DNA from: Chthoniobacterales bacterium
Lineage (GTDB): Bacteria > Verrucomicrobiota > Verrucomicrobiia > Chthoniobacterales > Chthoniobacteraceae
NCBI GenBank assembly: GCA_038207335.1
Contig: JBBQZX010000018.1
Location: 32,001-96,000 of the forward strand
Direction: 5' to 3'
Length of the DNA stretch: 64,000 nt
The notes below the pieces were generated by a model, which was not told the DNA's origin, ran no database searches, and was given only the letters and a program-made list of their open reading frames with translations. The stretch's first letter is position 1. Each line of letters begins with the position of its first letter. The position numbers and the translations under genes are program-made. Of the stretch, positions 8,416 to 17,434 are shown piece by piece.

Positions 8416-9747
8416 TTACAACGCAAACTGCCCGAGGGTGCGCTCGATGCGCTCTAGGACGCGCGCTTTTCCAAGGACCTCTAGCATGTGGTAGAGGCTG
8501 GGGCCGATGCTGCGGCCGCTGACGGCGACGCGGGCGGGGTGGATGTATTCGGCGGGTTTGCAGGGCTGCTCAGCGGCGAGGGCCTTGAGGGCGGCCTCCA
8601 GGGTGGCGGCATCCCAGGTGTCGAGGGCGCTGTAGGTGGCGGAGAGCTGGCGGAGGCGGTCGAGGGCGCCGGGCTTTTGGAGGGTTTTGGCGACGGCTTC
8701 GGGATCAAAAGGGTAGGCGTCGTCGAAGAAGTATCCGATCCAGCCGGGGACTTCGGAGAGTTGTTTGATTTTCTCTTTGATGAGGGCGAGGACGGGCTGG
8801 AGGGAGATGCGGGAGCCGTAGTGGATGTGCTCTTTTTCGATCCAGGGGATGGCGGCGTCGGTGAAGGCGTCAATGTCGAGGGCGGCGATGTGCTGGGCGT
8901 TGAGCCAGTGGCATTTCTCGATGTCGAAATGGGCGGCTTTGCGATTGATGTTCGCAGGCTCGAAGAGGCGGGTGACTTCTTCGATAGGGAGGAGTTCGCG
9001 GTCGTCTTTGGGGGACCAGCCGAGGAGGCAGAGGTAGTTGCGGACGGCGGCGGGGAGGTATCCGGCGTCGTGGTAGCTGGAGAGGCTGGCGCCCTGGTCG
9101 CGCTTGCTCATTTTGGTGCCGTCGCGGTTCAGGATGAGGGGGATGTGCCCGTAGCGCGGGGGGGCGATGGCGAGGGCGCCGAAGAGTTCGAGGTGTTTGG
9201 GGGTGTTGGAGAGGTGGTCTTCGCCGCGGAGGACGTGGGTGATGCCCATTTCGGCGTCATCGACGACGTTGACGAAGTGGAAGATCCAGGAGCCGTCGGG
9301 GCGGCGGATGGTCATGTCGGGATGGGTGGCGGGGTCGCTCATGTCGAAGGCGATGGTGCCGCAGATCATGTCGTCGAGGTGAACGGTGCCGCGCGGGGAG
9401 CGGAAGCGCCAGGCGCCGCTTTCGCCCTCGTAGAGGTGGCCGCCGGCCATGAGTTTCTGAAAGTAGCGCTCGTAGATGTCGTCGCGCTCGCTCTGGAAGT
9501 AGGGGCCGCGGTCGCCGCCGACTTCGGGGCCTTCGTCCCAGTCGAGGCCGAGCCAGCGGAGGCCATCGAGGATGACCTGGACGGCGTCATCGACGTGGCG
9601 CGCGCGGTCGGTGTCCTCGACGCGGAGGATGAATTTCCCGCCGGTGTGGCGTGCGAAGAGCCAGTTGAAAAGCGCGGTGCGCGCGCCGCCGACATGGAGG
9701 AAACCGGTGGGCGAGGGAGCGAAGCGGACGCGGACGGGATCGGACAT
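8416..9747 (-). CDS. gltX: glutamate--tRNA ligase
   Basis: RVRFAPSPTGFLHVGGARTALFNW, RGEDHLSNT, KMSKR. Confidence 0.96.
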   Translation of the reverse strand: MSDPVRVRFAPSPTGFLHVGGARTALFNWLFARHTGGKFILRVEDTDRARHVDDAVQVILDGLRWLGLDWDEGPEVGGDRGPYFQSERDDIYERYFQKLMAGGHLYEGESGAWRFRSPRGTVHLDDMICGTIAFDMSDPATHPDMTIRRPDGSWIFHFVNVVDDAEMGITHVLRGEDHLSNTPKHLELFGALAIAPPRYGHIPLILNRDGTKMSKRDQGASLSSYHDAGYLPAAVRNYLCLLGWSPKDDRELLPIEEVTRLFEPANINRKAAHFDIEKCHWLNAQHIAALDIDAFTDAAIPWIEKEHIHYGSRISLQPVLALIKEKIKQLSEVPGWIGYFFDDAYPFDPEAVAKTLQKPGALDRLRQLSATYSALDTWDAATLEAALKALAAEQPCKPAEYIHPARVAVSGRSIGPSLYHMLEVLGKARVLERIERTLGQFAL

Positions 9748-9800
9748 AAGAGTCGCGGACTGTGGCTGAATTTTCTCGCAAACGGGAGGGAAAATCGCGG

Positions 9801-9849
9801 GGCTCAGTGCGGCTCAGTGCGGCTCAGTGCGGCTCAGTGCGGCTCGGTG
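9801..9849. repeat. 10-bp tandem repeat (GGCTCAGTGC)x4 plus a degenerate copy, spanning a stop codon
   Basis: Read directly from the sequence. Confidence 0.95.
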
Positions 9850-12350
9850 AGGAGGTAGGTCATGAGGTCGCGGAGCTCGCCGGGGGTGAGGGTTTTGTCG
9901 AGGCCGGGCGGCATGAGGGAAATGGCGAGGGGCTCGGTCTTGGAGATGTGGGCCTTTGCGAGCTTTGCGACGGCGCCGCCGGGCTGGGCAATCTGGAGTT
10001 CGGCGGCAGTCTCGGCGATACGCGTGCCGATGACCGCGGTGCCGTCGTCGAGCGTGACGGTGTAGGCGGCGGCATCGGGATTGATGGCGGCGCTGGGGTC
10101 GGAGATGTCGCGGAGGACGCTGGCGTAGTCGCGGAAGGAGAGGTTGCTGAGGTCGGGGCCGACCTGGACGCCGTCGCCGCGCAGTTTGTGGCAGGTGGCG
10201 CAGGCGGCTTTGCCTTTGAAGAGGGCGTGGCCGGCCTCCCAATCGCCGCCGTTGATCTCGGGGTGCGCGAGGCGCTGCTCGCCGGGCAGCGCGGCGGTGG
10301 CGAATGGCACGAGGAAGCGCCGGGTGCCGAGTGCGCGCGGACGCGGATCGCGGCTGGTGTGAAACGAGACATCGACCGTGCTCACAGGCGTGGTGACGGT
10401 CGCGGTGAAGGGCAGATATTTTCCCTCGCCGGCGGGCGTGAGCGTGAAGCTCGCCTCGTGCGCGCCGAGCTGCTCGATCTTCACGCCGGGGGCGTAAAGT
10501 TTCAGCGCGGCGTCGCTTTTAAAGACGACGGTGACGACCTCGGGCTCGGGCGTGTAGCCGAGATCGGAGCCGGGCTGGGTGACGGGGATGAGCATTTTCC
10601 AAAGGTCGACCTGGCCGCGGAGCGTGAGGGTGCCGGGTGTGGCGACTTGCTTCCAGAAGGCGGCGTGCGCCACGCTGCCTCGGGTGAATGCGCGGGCGGC
10701 GATGAAGTCGGCGTGAGGCAGCCAGAGCTTGTTCGCGGCGTCCGCACGCTCGCCGCGCCACTCGGCCTCGACGCCGCTGAGATCGTGCATGAGATCGAGC
10801 GCGCCGCCGGGCTGACGGATGGTGAGGGCGTAATTCACCGCAGATACGCGCGGGGCGGTTTCGAGGACGACGCTGCGCCGGTCTTCGCTGAGGCGCGCGC
10901 TTTTCACGGCGACTGCGCCGGGCTTGTCGCGCTGCTGCATCTGCACGACGACGTATCCGGGCCGGATCGCCTCCAGTCGATCGGCGGCATCCACCCAGCG
11001 GCCATCGGCGATGCTGGTGCGCGCGGCGATGTCGCTCCACGCTGAGGGATCAAGCGGGCGGTCGAATGCGACGACAGTCTCCGTATCGCTCGCGGGCCAT
11101 GTGAGCACGGGCTGCGGCGCGTCTTTGCCGGTGTAGCTGATTTTGAAAAGACGCCCGGCGCCCTTTGGCCCATTGCCCCAGTCGGGTCCGCCGGTGTGGC
11201 AGCTCACGAGTAAGTCGCCCTGCGGCGAGATCGCGCAATCGACGGCGAGCAATCCCATGCGAGCAAAGAGATCAGTTTTTGCGACGTAGCCGGCGGCGGT
11301 TTTCGCGAGCTTCGTGCGCCACAGTTTGCCGCGCGATTCGCCCGTGATGATCGCATTTTCACCCCAAAACTCCGGGCCGAAAACCGCGCGTCCCGGCGCA
11401 GGACCGTTGAACCGGAAGCCGCAGGTGCTCTCGTGCTGCGGCATGTAATCCCAGACGCTCGGCTCATCGACCACGTCCGGCAAAAACTGCGGATGACGCG
11501 GCGGAAATCCGTAGTGCCTGCCGGGCTGGATGTGCAGGAGTTCGTCGAAAGGATTGCCATTCGGGCACCACGTCGCGCCCTCCTGGTCGGTGCCGAAAAG
11601 GTCGCCGAGTTTGTTGAATTGGAGCGCCATGACGTATCGGAGGCCGCTCGCGAGTTGCTCGATTTTCCCATCCGGCGCGATGCGCAGCAAGCAGCCGTGG
11701 CGCTTGTCAGGCGAGTAGTGCGGCGTGCCAACGGGGCCACTCGCGGCGCGCCCCTTTTCCACCGTGCCGTCGTGCCAGTAGGGATTGCTGTATCCGGCGT
11801 TGCCCATTGTTACGTAAATCGACCCATCCGGCGCGAGCGCGAGCGCGAGCGCGCTGTCCACGCGACGGTGATTGAGATACGGCAGCTTCTCGAGCGCGGG
11901 ATTGGCGAAGCCTTTCACGACGGTGACGCGTGTGTCCGGCACGCCATCGCCGTCCGTGTCGGAAAAACGCACGACTTCATCCGCGAGCACAGCGTATAGG
12001 ACGCCGTCTTTCACCGCCATGCCGAGCGGATAGTCGGCGCTTTCTGCGGGTGAGAAAGTGATGACTTTGTCCTCGAGCCCGTCGCCATCGGTGTCGCGCA
12101 GGAGATGGAATCGCCCGTCGTATCCGCCCGCTAAAAGCCGACCATCGGCGGCGTATTCGATGTTGTTCAGGCTCGTGATTTTCACCGGCAGCTCGCGCAC
12201 GGTGAATCCCGGCACGAGCATCTGCAGCGCGCCGTCTTTTGAAGGCGGGAACGGGGGCTCCGGCTGCTTGTCCGGCGTCGGCGGGATGGGCGGCTCCGCG
12301 GCAAACGCGGCGGTGGCGACGAGCGCGAAAAGAAGGGCGTGGGATTGCAT
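9834..12350 (-). CDS. PVC-type heme-binding CxxCH protein / membrane-bound sugar dehydrogenase-like beta-propeller
   Basis: Signal peptide, DTDGDG propeller repeats, C-terminal CATCHK...GPDLS...SLMPPGL. Confidence 0.85.
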   Translation of the reverse strand: MQSHALLFALVATAAFAAEPPIPPTPDKQPEPPFPPSKDGALQMLVPGFTVRELPVKITSLNNIEYAADGRLLAGGYDGRFHLLRDTDGDGLEDKVITFSPAESADYPLGMAVKDGVLYAVLADEVVRFSDTDGDGVPDTRVTVVKGFANPALEKLPYLNHRRVDSALALALAPDGSIYVTMGNAGYSNPYWHDGTVEKGRAASGPVGTPHYSPDKRHGCLLRIAPDGKIEQLASGLRYVMALQFNKLGDLFGTDQEGATWCPNGNPFDELLHIQPGRHYGFPPRHPQFLPDVVDEPSVWDYMPQHESTCGFRFNGPAPGRAVFGPEFWGENAIITGESRGKLWRTKLAKTAAGYVAKTDLFARMGLLAVDCAISPQGDLLVSCHTGGPDWGNGPKGAGRLFKISYTGKDAPQPVLTWPASDTETVVAFDRPLDPSAWSDIAARTSIADGRWVDAADRLEAIRPGYVVVQMQQRDKPGAVAVKSARLSEDRRSVVLETAPRVSAVNYALTIRQPGGALDLMHDLSGVEAEWRGERADAANKLWLPHADFIAARAFTRGSVAHAAFWKQVATPGTLTLRGQVDLWKMLIPVTQPGSDLGYTPEPEVVTVVFKSDAALKLYAPGVKIEQLGAHEASFTLTPAGEGKYLPFTATVTTPVSTVDVSFHTSRDPRPRALGTRRFLVPFATAALPGEQRLAHPEINGGDWEAGHALFKGKAACATCHKLRGDGVQVGPDLSNLSFRDYASVLRDISDPSAAINPDAAAYTVTLDDGTAVIGTRIAETAAELQIAQPGGAVAKLAKAHISKTEPLAISLMPPGLDKTLTPGELRDLMTYLLTEPH

Positions 12351-12452
12351 TGAGCGGGAGGATTTCAGCGCGAAGGCGCGCGAAATCTCACAACCCGTGC
12401 GCGGAAAAACGAGCGCGCAATTTTCTCCGCAAATCGAAACAAGCCCCGCGGC

Positions 12453-14441
12453 TCAGCCGGGGATTTCGCGGAGCATCTGCTCGTTGGTCGGGAATTTTTT
12501 CGCGAAGAAGATGAGGCGCTCGATGGCTTCCATCGGCTTGTAGCCGGAGAGGCCGCGGCGGACGACGTGGATTTTGTGCAGGTCGTCGGCGGGGACGAGG
12601 AGTTCCTCGCGGCGCGTGCCGGAGAGGAAGATATCGACTGCGGGATAGATGCGCTGCTCGGAGATGCGACGGTCGAGGACGAGCTCCATGTTTCCCGTGC
12701 CCTTGAATTCCTGGAAGATGACGTCGTCCATGCGGCTGTTCGTCTCGATGAGCGCGGTGGCCATGATCGTGAGCGAGCCAGCCTCCTCGGTGTTGCGCGC
12801 GGCGGCGAAAATCTTGCGCGGGATTTCCAACGCGCGGGTGTCGAGACCGCCGGACATGGTGCGCCCGCCGGTGGCGGCGTTGTTGAAGGCGCGGCCGACT
12901 CGCGTAATCGAGTCGAGCAGGATGAAGACGTCCTTGCCGGCCTCGACGAGGCGCTTCGCCCGCTCCATGCAGAGCGTCGCGATGCGTGTGTGAGATTTCA
13001 CATCCATGTCGTTCGAGCTCGCCATGATCTCGGCGTGCGGACAGGTGCGCTTGAAGTCTGTGACTTCCTCGGGCCGCTCATCGACGAGCAAAATGATGAG
13101 CTTCAGCTCGGGGTGATTTTTCGCCACCGCTGCGGCCATGTGCTGCAGCAGCGTGGTCTTGCCGGTGCGCGGCGGCGCGACGATGAGGCCGCGCTGGCCT
13201 TTGCCGATGGGCGTCATCAGGTCGATGATGCGCGTGGTGTAACGCTCCGGCACGGTCTCGAGGCGGATGCGCTCGAGCGGGCTGATGACTGTGAGTTCGT
13301 CGAACGCCGGGAGGTTGCGCGCCTTCTCGGGCTCGTCGCCATTGATCTCGAGGATGCGATGGAGTTGGGAACCCCGGTTGCTTTTGCGCGTCTCGCCTTT
13401 CAGCCACTGGCCATCGCGCAAGTGGTATCGGCGCACGAGTTCGGGCGTTACGAAAATATCGCTGGGATGCTGGCTGAAGCCGCGCTTGGCATCGCGGATG
13501 AAGCCGAAGCCCTTGCCGGAAATCTCGACGATCCCCTCGCCGCTGCCGAGTTCTTCATCGGGTGAAAGCGGGTCAGTGATCCCCATGTCGGTGCGCTCCT
13601 CGGACTCGAAGCGCTCCGGCCGGTCGCCCCGCTGGCCGCGGTCGTGGCGGTCATTGCGTCCGCGCCGATCGTGGCGGTCACCGCGCTGCTGGTCGTCGCG
13701 AGGCTCGCGCGGTTCGCGCTGCGGGCGCGGCGCGGAGGGCTCGGCGACGGGAATTTGCATCTCGGCCGCCTGGCTCGCAGTCACGGCGAGAGGCGCTTCT
13801 TTCCCCTCCTGCTCCATCTGCTTAGCGACATGCCTCGGGACATAAACCGGATACTGCCGCGGCGCAGGCGCAGCAGACGGCGGCTCCGCAACGGGCGCGG
13901 AAGCGGCAGCCAGCGGCTCCGCGACGGGCTCCGTCACGCGTGCCGGAGGCTCGGGAACCGGCTCTGGCACAGATTTCGCAGATGGCCGCCACTCCTCGAC
14001 ATGACCGCTGTTTCCCGGAGCATTCACGCCGGAAGCGTGTCCGCTGTAGCCAGGATCGCCGCTCCCGGCCGCCCGCGTTTCAGCGCGCGCCGGGCTCGCA
14101 ATCTGCGCTTTTCCCTCCGCCGACGGGACAGGTGACTCTACTCTCGGCACCGGCGTTTCTGCCGCGGGAGCGATCCCTTTTTCCCCGGCCGGCACAGCCG
14201 CCTTCGCCGACTTCGCTGTTTCCGCAGCAGCATCGGCGGGCGCGGCATCGGCCACCTTTTTCTTGCGCGACGCACGCGGCTTCGCGGGAGCTTTTGCAGC
14301 AGTCGGCTTTTCGCCGTCCTGTTCCGCGGCTGGCTTTGCTTTCGCTCGCGATGCGCGGGGCTTGGCGGCTTTTTTCGGTGGTACAGCCGGTTCTTCGGTG
14401 TCGAACAACGGCTGCTGTGCGGGCTCTGTCATAGTGGGCAT
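12453..14441 (-). CDS. rho: transcription termination factor Rho with ~290-aa N-terminal extension
   Basis: GFGFIR RNA-binding motif, PIGKGQRGLIVAPPRTGKT, DERPEEVTD, FQEFKGTGNMEL. Confidence 0.97.
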   Translation of the reverse strand: MPTMTEPAQQPLFDTEEPAVPPKKAAKPRASRAKAKPAAEQDGEKPTAAKAPAKPRASRKKKVADAAPADAAAETAKSAKAAVPAGEKGIAPAAETPVPRVESPVPSAEGKAQIASPARAETRAAGSGDPGYSGHASGVNAPGNSGHVEEWRPSAKSVPEPVPEPPARVTEPVAEPLAAASAPVAEPPSAAPAPRQYPVYVPRHVAKQMEQEGKEAPLAVTASQAAEMQIPVAEPSAPRPQREPREPRDDQQRGDRHDRRGRNDRHDRGQRGDRPERFESEERTDMGITDPLSPDEELGSGEGIVEISGKGFGFIRDAKRGFSQHPSDIFVTPELVRRYHLRDGQWLKGETRKSNRGSQLHRILEINGDEPEKARNLPAFDELTVISPLERIRLETVPERYTTRIIDLMTPIGKGQRGLIVAPPRTGKTTLLQHMAAAVAKNHPELKLIILLVDERPEEVTDFKRTCPHAEIMASSNDMDVKSHTRIATLCMERAKRLVEAGKDVFILLDSITRVGRAFNNAATGGRTMSGGLDTRALEIPRKIFAAARNTEEAGSLTIMATALIETNSRMDDVIFQEFKGTGNMELVLDRRISEQRIYPAVDIFLSGTRREELLVPADDLHKIHVVRRGLSGYKPMEAIERLIFFAKKFPTNEQMLREIPG

Positions 14442-14842
14442 GTGGGATTGTCGGACCGGCGCCTTTTGCCGGAGAAAAATTGGGGATGAATGGGTGGCTG
14501 CGATTCAGCCGGGAAGCGGGGAAATGGAAACGGGCCTCGCGGAATCCGCGACATCACTGCGATTACCACAGGGTATCGGACTGCCGCGGACGCCAGCGGG
14601 ATTTTCGGGCATCCGCAAGTCGGCTGGGTATTCCGACCGTGGATGCACTTCGCCTCGTTTCGGGTCGAGGCGGGCCCTTGAGAAGGTGTAACGTGGGATC
14701 ACTTCGCGCGACCCGCGATGAATACAGACTTTGATTCGGTGAAGGATGGAGATTCGCGACAGCCTTCCGGCTAGGAAACGAGGAAGTTTTGCGAGAAAGT
14801 TTGCCCGAGCGGGCGAAGCACCAGTGCCGCTAAACTGCTGAG

Positions 14843-14871
14843 AAAGTGGAGGGATTCCGCGCAGGCGTCAA
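14843..14871 (-). promoter_or_regulatory. putative rho promoter TTGACG-17-CACTTT
   Basis: -35 at 14866-14871, -10 at 14843-14848, 17-bp spacer. Confidence 0.45.
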
Positions 14872-14990
14872 CAGGGATTTTTAAATCCTTCTGACGCGGG
14901 GGCATGCGCCAAATTCCCTTTCGGCGAGCACGTATCTCATCACCGACCTAAAACTGAATGCCGCAAACGGAGGCACCGCCGCGCACGACT

Positions 14991-16418
14991 TTACGCGCCG
15001 TACGAACTTTCCACCCGCTTCGCCACATCCATGTATCCGTAATCCACCTCGTAGATTTGCTTCATCGCCTCGAGCGACTCCTCTTTTTTACCCATCCGCT
15101 CATAGACGAGCCCGAGCTTGTAAACGATCTCCTTCTTGATCGAGTCCATGGCCAGAATCTCGCTCGCCGCATCCTTGAGCTGCTTCACCGCGAGATCGAG
15201 CATCCCCTTTTCGGTGTAGCACTGGCCGAGCAAATTCATCGCTTTCAGACGCGCATTCGGATTCTGCCGCGCGCGCTGGAGCTCCGAGATCGCCTCGGTG
15301 TATTCGCCCGCTGCCACGAGCTGTTCGCCGAGCTCGTAACGAAGCTGCAAATCGGTCGGATTCCGCTCCACCCGTTTGCGCGCTTCGCTGATGAGCAACC
15401 CGGCTTTTTGCCTTTTAAGTTCCGCGAGATTCTCCTGCGCCTGCACTGCCTCGTCGGTGTCACCGTACTCTGCGAGCCACGCCTCAAATGCACGGATTTC
15501 CCCGTCGAGCTTCTTCATTTGAAGATCGGAAAGTCTGCGCGCCACCGCCGGGTCGCTGCCGCTCACGATCTCATTCGTGTGGGCATAAAAATAGATCGCC
15601 CCCGCGACACTCTCCTCATCCTCCTCGATCTCATAACGATCCTCCCACAACTTCGCGAGCCGCCGCGAAATATCGGAATTCTGCTGGTTCGCCTCGAACT
15701 CCGGCGTCAGCTCCGCAATCTGCTCGTTGATCATCTCGGTGCTCTTCACCACGCGATTCTTTTGCTCGAGCATCACCGCCTCCTCCTTGTTTTTGATCAA
15801 GGAGCGATAGTCCAGTTTTCCACCCGAGTCCGCCACCTGCTCCCATCCGCCGGATTTCATCGTCGCACGTGCCGACGCGTCCTTGCTCTTTTTGATCGCC
15901 GCAAGGTCCGCCGGATTCAGTTCCGCGATTTTTGAAAAGACCGCGACCGCCTTGTCCGCATCGCCGATCGAGTTCAGGTAATCGCCGAGTTCGTGCATCG
16001 TCTTCACGTCTTTCGGATTCCCCTCGATGATCGTCTCGAGCGCGAACACCGCCACCTCGGGATGTTCCGCGGCCTTTGCGGCGTCCTTCAGCAGATGATT
16101 TGCCTGCACATTGTAGGGGTCCGCCTCGAGGCTTTTCTCCGCCAGTTCCATCGCCGCGAGGGGATCCTTTTTCACCATCGACCCGCCCTTCATCGAAGCC
16201 GTTGAGAGGCCGGACAAAAAACTCCTCTTTCCCTTTGTAGCGGCGATCTCTGCACGGCGGAGAATACGGCGCGCATCCAGGAAAGCGGGTGCCTCCTTTA
16301 GCACCGCCTGGATCAGCGAAATCGTGTAGCCAAAGTTGCGGACTTCATACGCAGCGAGGGCTTTCAGCCACAGTGCGCGCGTCTTTTCGGTGAGATCTTT
16401 TTCGGTCTGGAGAGCCAT
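14991..16418 (-). CDS. tetratricopeptide repeat protein
   Basis: Multiple TPR-like helical repeats (NPTDLQLRYELGEQL, MNLLGQCY, YKLGLVYE); start at MALQTEKD. Confidence 0.85.
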   Translation of the reverse strand: MALQTEKDLTEKTRALWLKALAAYEVRNFGYTISLIQAVLKEAPAFLDARRILRRAEIAATKGKRSFLSGLSTASMKGGSMVKKDPLAAMELAEKSLEADPYNVQANHLLKDAAKAAEHPEVAVFALETIIEGNPKDVKTMHELGDYLNSIGDADKAVAVFSKIAELNPADLAAIKKSKDASARATMKSGGWEQVADSGGKLDYRSLIKNKEEAVMLEQKNRVVKSTEMINEQIAELTPEFEANQQNSDISRRLAKLWEDRYEIEEDEESVAGAIYFYAHTNEIVSGSDPAVARRLSDLQMKKLDGEIRAFEAWLAEYGDTDEAVQAQENLAELKRQKAGLLISEARKRVERNPTDLQLRYELGEQLVAAGEYTEAISELQRARQNPNARLKAMNLLGQCYTEKGMLDLAVKQLKDAASEILAMDSIKKEIVYKLGLVYERMGKKEESLEAMKQIYEVDYGYMDVAKRVESSYGA

Positions 16419-16531
16419 AAATTCAGGGAGGCAACTAGCTAACACGTCGGCTTCCGCTTTGACAATCCCCACCCGCAAAACCGTTCACACCGCCTCTCAC
16501 CATATCCGTTCCGCCCGCGCGGGCACTTCGC

Positions 16532-16563
16532 AATCAGCGATCAGAAATCAGCATTCAGCGATC
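16532..16563. repeat. degenerate heptamer tandem repeat (AATCAGC-like x4.5)
   Basis: aatcagc gatcaga aatcagc attcagc gatc directly after the stop codon of 16564..16758. Confidence 0.75.
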
Positions 16564-16758
16564 TCACTTCCCGCGCCCGATCCGGTCGCTCTCGTCCTTT
16601 TTCCGCTCTACCTTTTTCCCGTAGAGCGACTGCAAAGTCTGGAACTCCTTGCTGGCATTTTCCGAAAAATTTGCCGGTCCGTGCTCGAAAAGCACAGTGA
16701 ATGCGAACGTCGCGGCGAGGAAGATCGCGAACCAAAATAGCGAGCGGATGAGACCCAT
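16564..16758 (-). CDS. small membrane protein, 64 aa
   Basis: MGLIRSLFWFAIFLAATFAFTVLFEHGP...; single TM helix plus charged tail. Confidence 0.7.
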   Translation of the reverse strand: MGLIRSLFWFAIFLAATFAFTVLFEHGPANFSENASKEFQTLQSLYGKKVERKKDESDRIGRGK

Positions 16759-16861
16759 GACACGCGAGTTACTGCAATTCTCGCGCCACGGCAATCGGTT
16801 TTGAGCCCCGCGTGATTTCCGCTTGCCCGCTGCCCACGCGCCTGCGCATTCGCCACGGCAC

Positions 16862-17416
16862 ATGACCGATTATTTCGTGCTCCTCGGCCAGCCACGCCAC
16901 GCCTGGCTCGATATCGATGGACTGAAAGCCGCCTTTCATCAACGCGCCGCCACGCTCCATCCCGATGTTGCCGCCACCGGCGACGCCCACGCATTCGCCG
17001 AGTTGAATGTCGCGCATTCCACCCTCCGCGATCCCGTCACGCGGCTGCGGCACCTTCTCGAACTCGACCATACGGAATCCCTCGTCGCCCCGCGCCAAAT
17101 CCCGCCCTCGCTCGCCGATCTTTTCATGCGCCTCGCCGACGCACGCACCCGCCTCGACGCCTTTCTCGCCCGCGAAGCTGCCGCCTCCAGCGCCCTCACC
17201 CGAGCACTTTTACATGGTGAAAAATCGCGCCTTCGCGACGAATGGATCGCCTTGCAAACAACGCTCGAAGCCGCGGTAGCCGCGCAACTCAATCGCCTGC
17301 AAACGCTGGATGCGAACTCCTCCCCAAGCGGCGACGCCCTCGCCGAATCGCACCAGCACCTCACCTACCTCACCCGCTTCGCCGCCCAAATTCGCGAGGC
17401 GCTCCTCACGCTGTAG
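16862..17416 (+). CDS. hscB: HscB-like J-domain co-chaperone
   Basis: MTDYFVLLG...HPD...LNVAHSTLRDPVTRLRHLL. Confidence 0.75.
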   Translation: MTDYFVLLGQPRHAWLDIDGLKAAFHQRAATLHPDVAATGDAHAFAELNVAHSTLRDPVTRLRHLLELDHTESLVAPRQIPPSLADLFMRLADARTRLDAFLAREAAASSALTRALLHGEKSRLRDEWIALQTTLEAAVAAQLNRLQTLDANSSPSGDALAESHQHLTYLTRFAAQIREALLTL

Positions 17417-17434
17417 GCGGGTCGCCGATCCCAC

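Noticed and set aside
8488..11045. Long + strand ORFs (8488..9858, 9762..11045)
   Set aside because: Antisense shadows of gltX and the heme protein, expected in high-GC DNA; no recognisable motifs
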